Assembly: GCA_046045965.1 (NCBI GenBank)
Contig: JBJOKS010000004.1
Coordinates: forward strand, 1 to 64,000
Length of the DNA: 64,000 bases
Source: Cyanobacteriota bacterium
GTDB taxonomy: Bacteria > Cyanobacteriota > Cyanobacteriia > Cyanobacteriales > Nostocaceae
Reading direction: 5' to 3'
Positions 61,556 through 64,000 of the stretch are shown in pieces. Within the stretch, counting starts at the first letter, position 1. The number at the start of each line of letters is the position of its first letter. A program made the position numbers and the translations under genes. The notes beneath the pieces were generated by a model. The model ran no database searches. It was not told the origin of the DNA and saw nothing but the letters and a program-made list of their open reading frames with translations.

Positions 61556-62217
61556 TTCTCACGCAAAGACGCAAAGGGTGGGTCAAACATCAATGTATTT
61601 TTGACATCTGACTCACCCAGTTAGAAATTACAATTTTGCTCATCGGATATAATTAAAAGCGAATAAGTTCTTCTTGATGAATATATTCAGAATACATATC
61701 TATTGGGTGCGATCGCTCTCTCTTGTTTTTTAGATAAGTTTCAGTTATTTAAAACCTAAAATGATTTAGTATTTTCTAACTTCCAAAGTTTTCCTCTTTA
61801 TATTTTCTTAATAATTAATTGAGAATTATTTTTATCTATCAACGCTATTGCAATACTTTCAGCGATCTGCTATGATTTAGGAGAATTTTAAATTGCTCTT
61901 ATTGTGTCTATTTTTAAGACTGCGGTTACAGCAGCAAATTGAAAGCCTTTATTTATAAGTATTTCAGAACTCGCAAAACTGAAAAGCTGAGAAAATTTGA
62001 GCAAATTATCAAGGTTTCCTGACAGGAGCGTTAAGAATATTTGATGCTGTTGTTTGCGGGTTAGGAATTAGAGGCTTGACAAAAAAGATATTTTATGGTG
62101 ATCAGCCTGGATTGGTAAGAAGAATAAATGGGAAATAGCAATGTTAACTATTTTCTATTTTCAGTGAATGAGAAAGAGAAAAGCGTTAGCGTTAGCTTAC
62201 CGAAGGTATCGCACTTA

Positions 62218-62254
62218 TGAAGTCAATGTGGCTAGAGACTAGAGGGCGATCGCT
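62218..62254. repeat. 37-bp direct repeat, left copy
   Basis: TGAAGTCAATGTGGCTAGAGACTAGAGGGCGATCGCT, identical to 63044-63080. Confidence 0.95.
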
Positions 62255-62413
62255 CCATAGGAATCGCACTCACTCCATAATCTCAGATATAAAACTTAGC
62301 CATGCAGTTTAGCAATATTAAATCCTGATTGAGTAAAAAACAGATTACAGATATTGACGTTATGATTTTCTTAAATCAAAATTAGTTAAACAATTAAAAA
62401 GCAGCTAGAAACT

Positions 62414-62656
62414 ATGAAAGCCTTAGAAGTTACTGGAAAAATACATGAAGGACAATTAACCTTAGATTATCCTTTACAAATTGATAATATTAATGCTGTT
62501 AAAGTAATTATTCTTTTACCAGAAGCAGATGATTATGATCTTGATGATACTCCCATTGAAGAAATAAAAGAGAGTTTAACTAGGGCTTTTGAGGAAGTAA
62601 AATCTGGTAAAGCTAGACCTATTTCTGAATTATGGGAGAGAATTGAAAGTGAATGA
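62414..62656 (+). CDS. Putative type II antitoxin
   Basis: Small acidic ORF with ESLTRAFEEVKSGKARPISELW tail, overlapping the downstream toxin. Confidence 0.75.
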   Translation: MKALEVTGKIHEGQLTLDYPLQIDNINAVKVIILLPEADDYDLDDTPIEEIKESLTRAFEEVKSGKARPISELWERIESE

Positions 62657-63002
62657 TATAGATGATATCTCAGTTAAATTTTCTCCTGAATTTGAAAAAC
62701 AATTGTATAAGTTATCAAAACGATATCAGAAAATTCGTGATGATATTGAACCTGTTATTTTACAGTTGCAGGAAGGAGAAATAATAGGCGACAGCTTGGT
62801 AGGGTTAGGAGAGGAATATGAAGTTTATAAGGTTAGGGTGAAAAATAGCAATATTCAAAAAGGCAAAAGTGCGGGATACCGAGTTATTTATTATCTACAA
62901 AATGCCACGAATATTATTTTGTTAACAGTATATTCAAAATCTGATCAAGAGGATATTGGTATTGCAACTATTCAAGGAATTATAGAACAGGTTATGGAAT
63001 AG
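62649..63002 (+). CDS. RelE/ParE-family (HigB2-like) toxin
   Basis: FSPEFEKQLYKLSKRY, VYKVRVKNS..KGKSAGYRVIYY, ILLTVYSKSD; GTG at 62649 (or TTG at 62643). Confidence 0.85.
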   Translation: MNDIDDISVKFSPEFEKQLYKLSKRYQKIRDDIEPVILQLQEGEIIGDSLVGLGEEYEVYKVRVKNSNIQKGKSAGYRVIYYLQNATNIILLTVYSKSDQEDIGIATIQGIIEQVME

Positions 63003-63043
63003 AATAACTAATTTCCATAGATACAGGAAAGCGATCGCTCTTG

Positions 63044-63080
63044 TGAAGTCAATGTGGCTAGAGACTAGAGGGCGATCGCT
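63044..63080. repeat. 37-bp direct repeat, right copy
   Basis: Identical to 62218-62254. Confidence 0.95.
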
Positions 63081-63117
63081 ATAAGTCAATATTCAATTGG
63101 TAAAGTAAATTCAACTT

Positions 63118-63924
63118 CTATTTAGCTAAAACTGATTTTTTACGATTTCTGATGACCAAGCTTCCAGCAGCACCAAAAACTAACAAACCTAAAGTAGTTG
63201 ATGATTCTGGTACAGGCTTTGTATCAGGTACATTATAAGAAAGCGTACCTCTAAAATTTGTCCATGCTAAATCACCTGCTTGGCTAGATAAAGCTTTTGC
63301 AGGTGCATTTGGGTCTGTACTAAATGTGTTATTGACCCAGAATCTTAAAACATTTGTGCCACCTACATTAAATAAATTTGGATTATTGAAATTAAAACCT
63401 TCCCAACCATTGCCATCAAATTGTTTGGAAAAATAATTTTGATTTCCATCCATCATTCTACCTGGAACTGAACTATGAGCAGGAAGCGCAAAAGCAGATA
63501 TAGCTACTTCATTACCATTAATATCTAAAACTACACGATCATCAGCAGCAATGGCACTAAAATCTAGTTTGATATCAGTAGCATCGCTGGGTAGCTCAAA
63601 TGTATGATAAAGATATGCAACCCCATAAAAACTTGGTATATTAGCAGGAACATCAGAACCATAATCATTATTTGATCCAATGTCATTTCTCATGATCCAA
63701 CTGAAATAATCATTGAATCCATAAGTTGCATAACGAGGATCTTGATAATTACCGGAATAATTCCAAGTAAAACTTGAATCTGGATCGCCAATGTTTATTC
63801 CTGCTTTACCTGCTATTCCTGTATTTATAGGAACGGTAATTGTAGCAGCTTGAGCAGAACCAATAATTGCAAATAATGATGCACAAGTAGCAGCAGAAAT
63901 TGTTAACTTGATTAAAGTCTTCAT
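63118..63924 (-). CDS. PEP-CTERM surface-sorted protein
   Basis: Signal peptide ending AQA; C-terminal VPESSTTLGLLVFGAAGSLVIRNRKK. Confidence 0.9.
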   Translation of the reverse strand: MKTLIKLTISAATCASLFAIIGSAQAATITVPINTGIAGKAGINIGDPDSSFTWNYSGNYQDPRYATYGFNDYFSWIMRNDIGSNNDYGSDVPANIPSFYGVAYLYHTFELPSDATDIKLDFSAIAADDRVVLDINGNEVAISAFALPAHSSVPGRMMDGNQNYFSKQFDGNGWEGFNFNNPNLFNVGGTNVLRFWVNNTFSTDPNAPAKALSSQAGDLAWTNFRGTLSYNVPDTKPVPESSTTLGLLVFGAAGSLVIRNRKKSVLAK

Positions 63925-64000
63925 ACATTTACCTCAATATTTGAATTAATGAAAAATTGAATGCGGAGAGAGAGGCTGGTATAATCAAAATAACCAGCCA

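Noticed and set aside
62218..63080. 37-bp repeats as a CRISPR array
   Set aside because: Only two copies, 826 bp apart, with genes between them; no spacer periodicity and no cas genes in the window.

Overview
AT-rich chromosomal window from a heterocyst-forming cyanobacterium (Nostocales, Anabaena/Dolichospermum-like), judged from ntcA, psbDC, ycf4, frequent HIP1 octamers (GCGATCGC) and many 7-bp STRR tandem repeats. Most of it is core genome: folP end, SNF2/SWIM pair, pnp, ruvX, ntcA, fabI, hisB, psbDC, ycf4, an RND pump, rplS-tRNA-Trp-secE-nusG-rplKAJL, crtD and hslO. Small accessory insertions are scattered through it. The best candidates for novel biology are: (1) an orphan 830-aa zinc-ribbon/PD-(D/E)xK-type nuclease gene after pnp, bracketed by inward-facing REP-like halves; (2) an Rpn/DUF4351 gene between SNF2 and SWIM with a strong internal ribosome-binding site that could produce an intragenic antitoxin; (3) a RelE-type toxin-antitoxin cassette bounded by perfect 37-bp direct repeats containing HIP1 at their 3' end. 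Also present are a nonsense-interrupted YARHG Ser/Thr kinase, a degenerate PilT paralog, a CHASE2 cyclase with unusual specificity residues, and several MITE, REP and SDR families. All calls come from reading the sequence and recognising motifs; no database searches were run.
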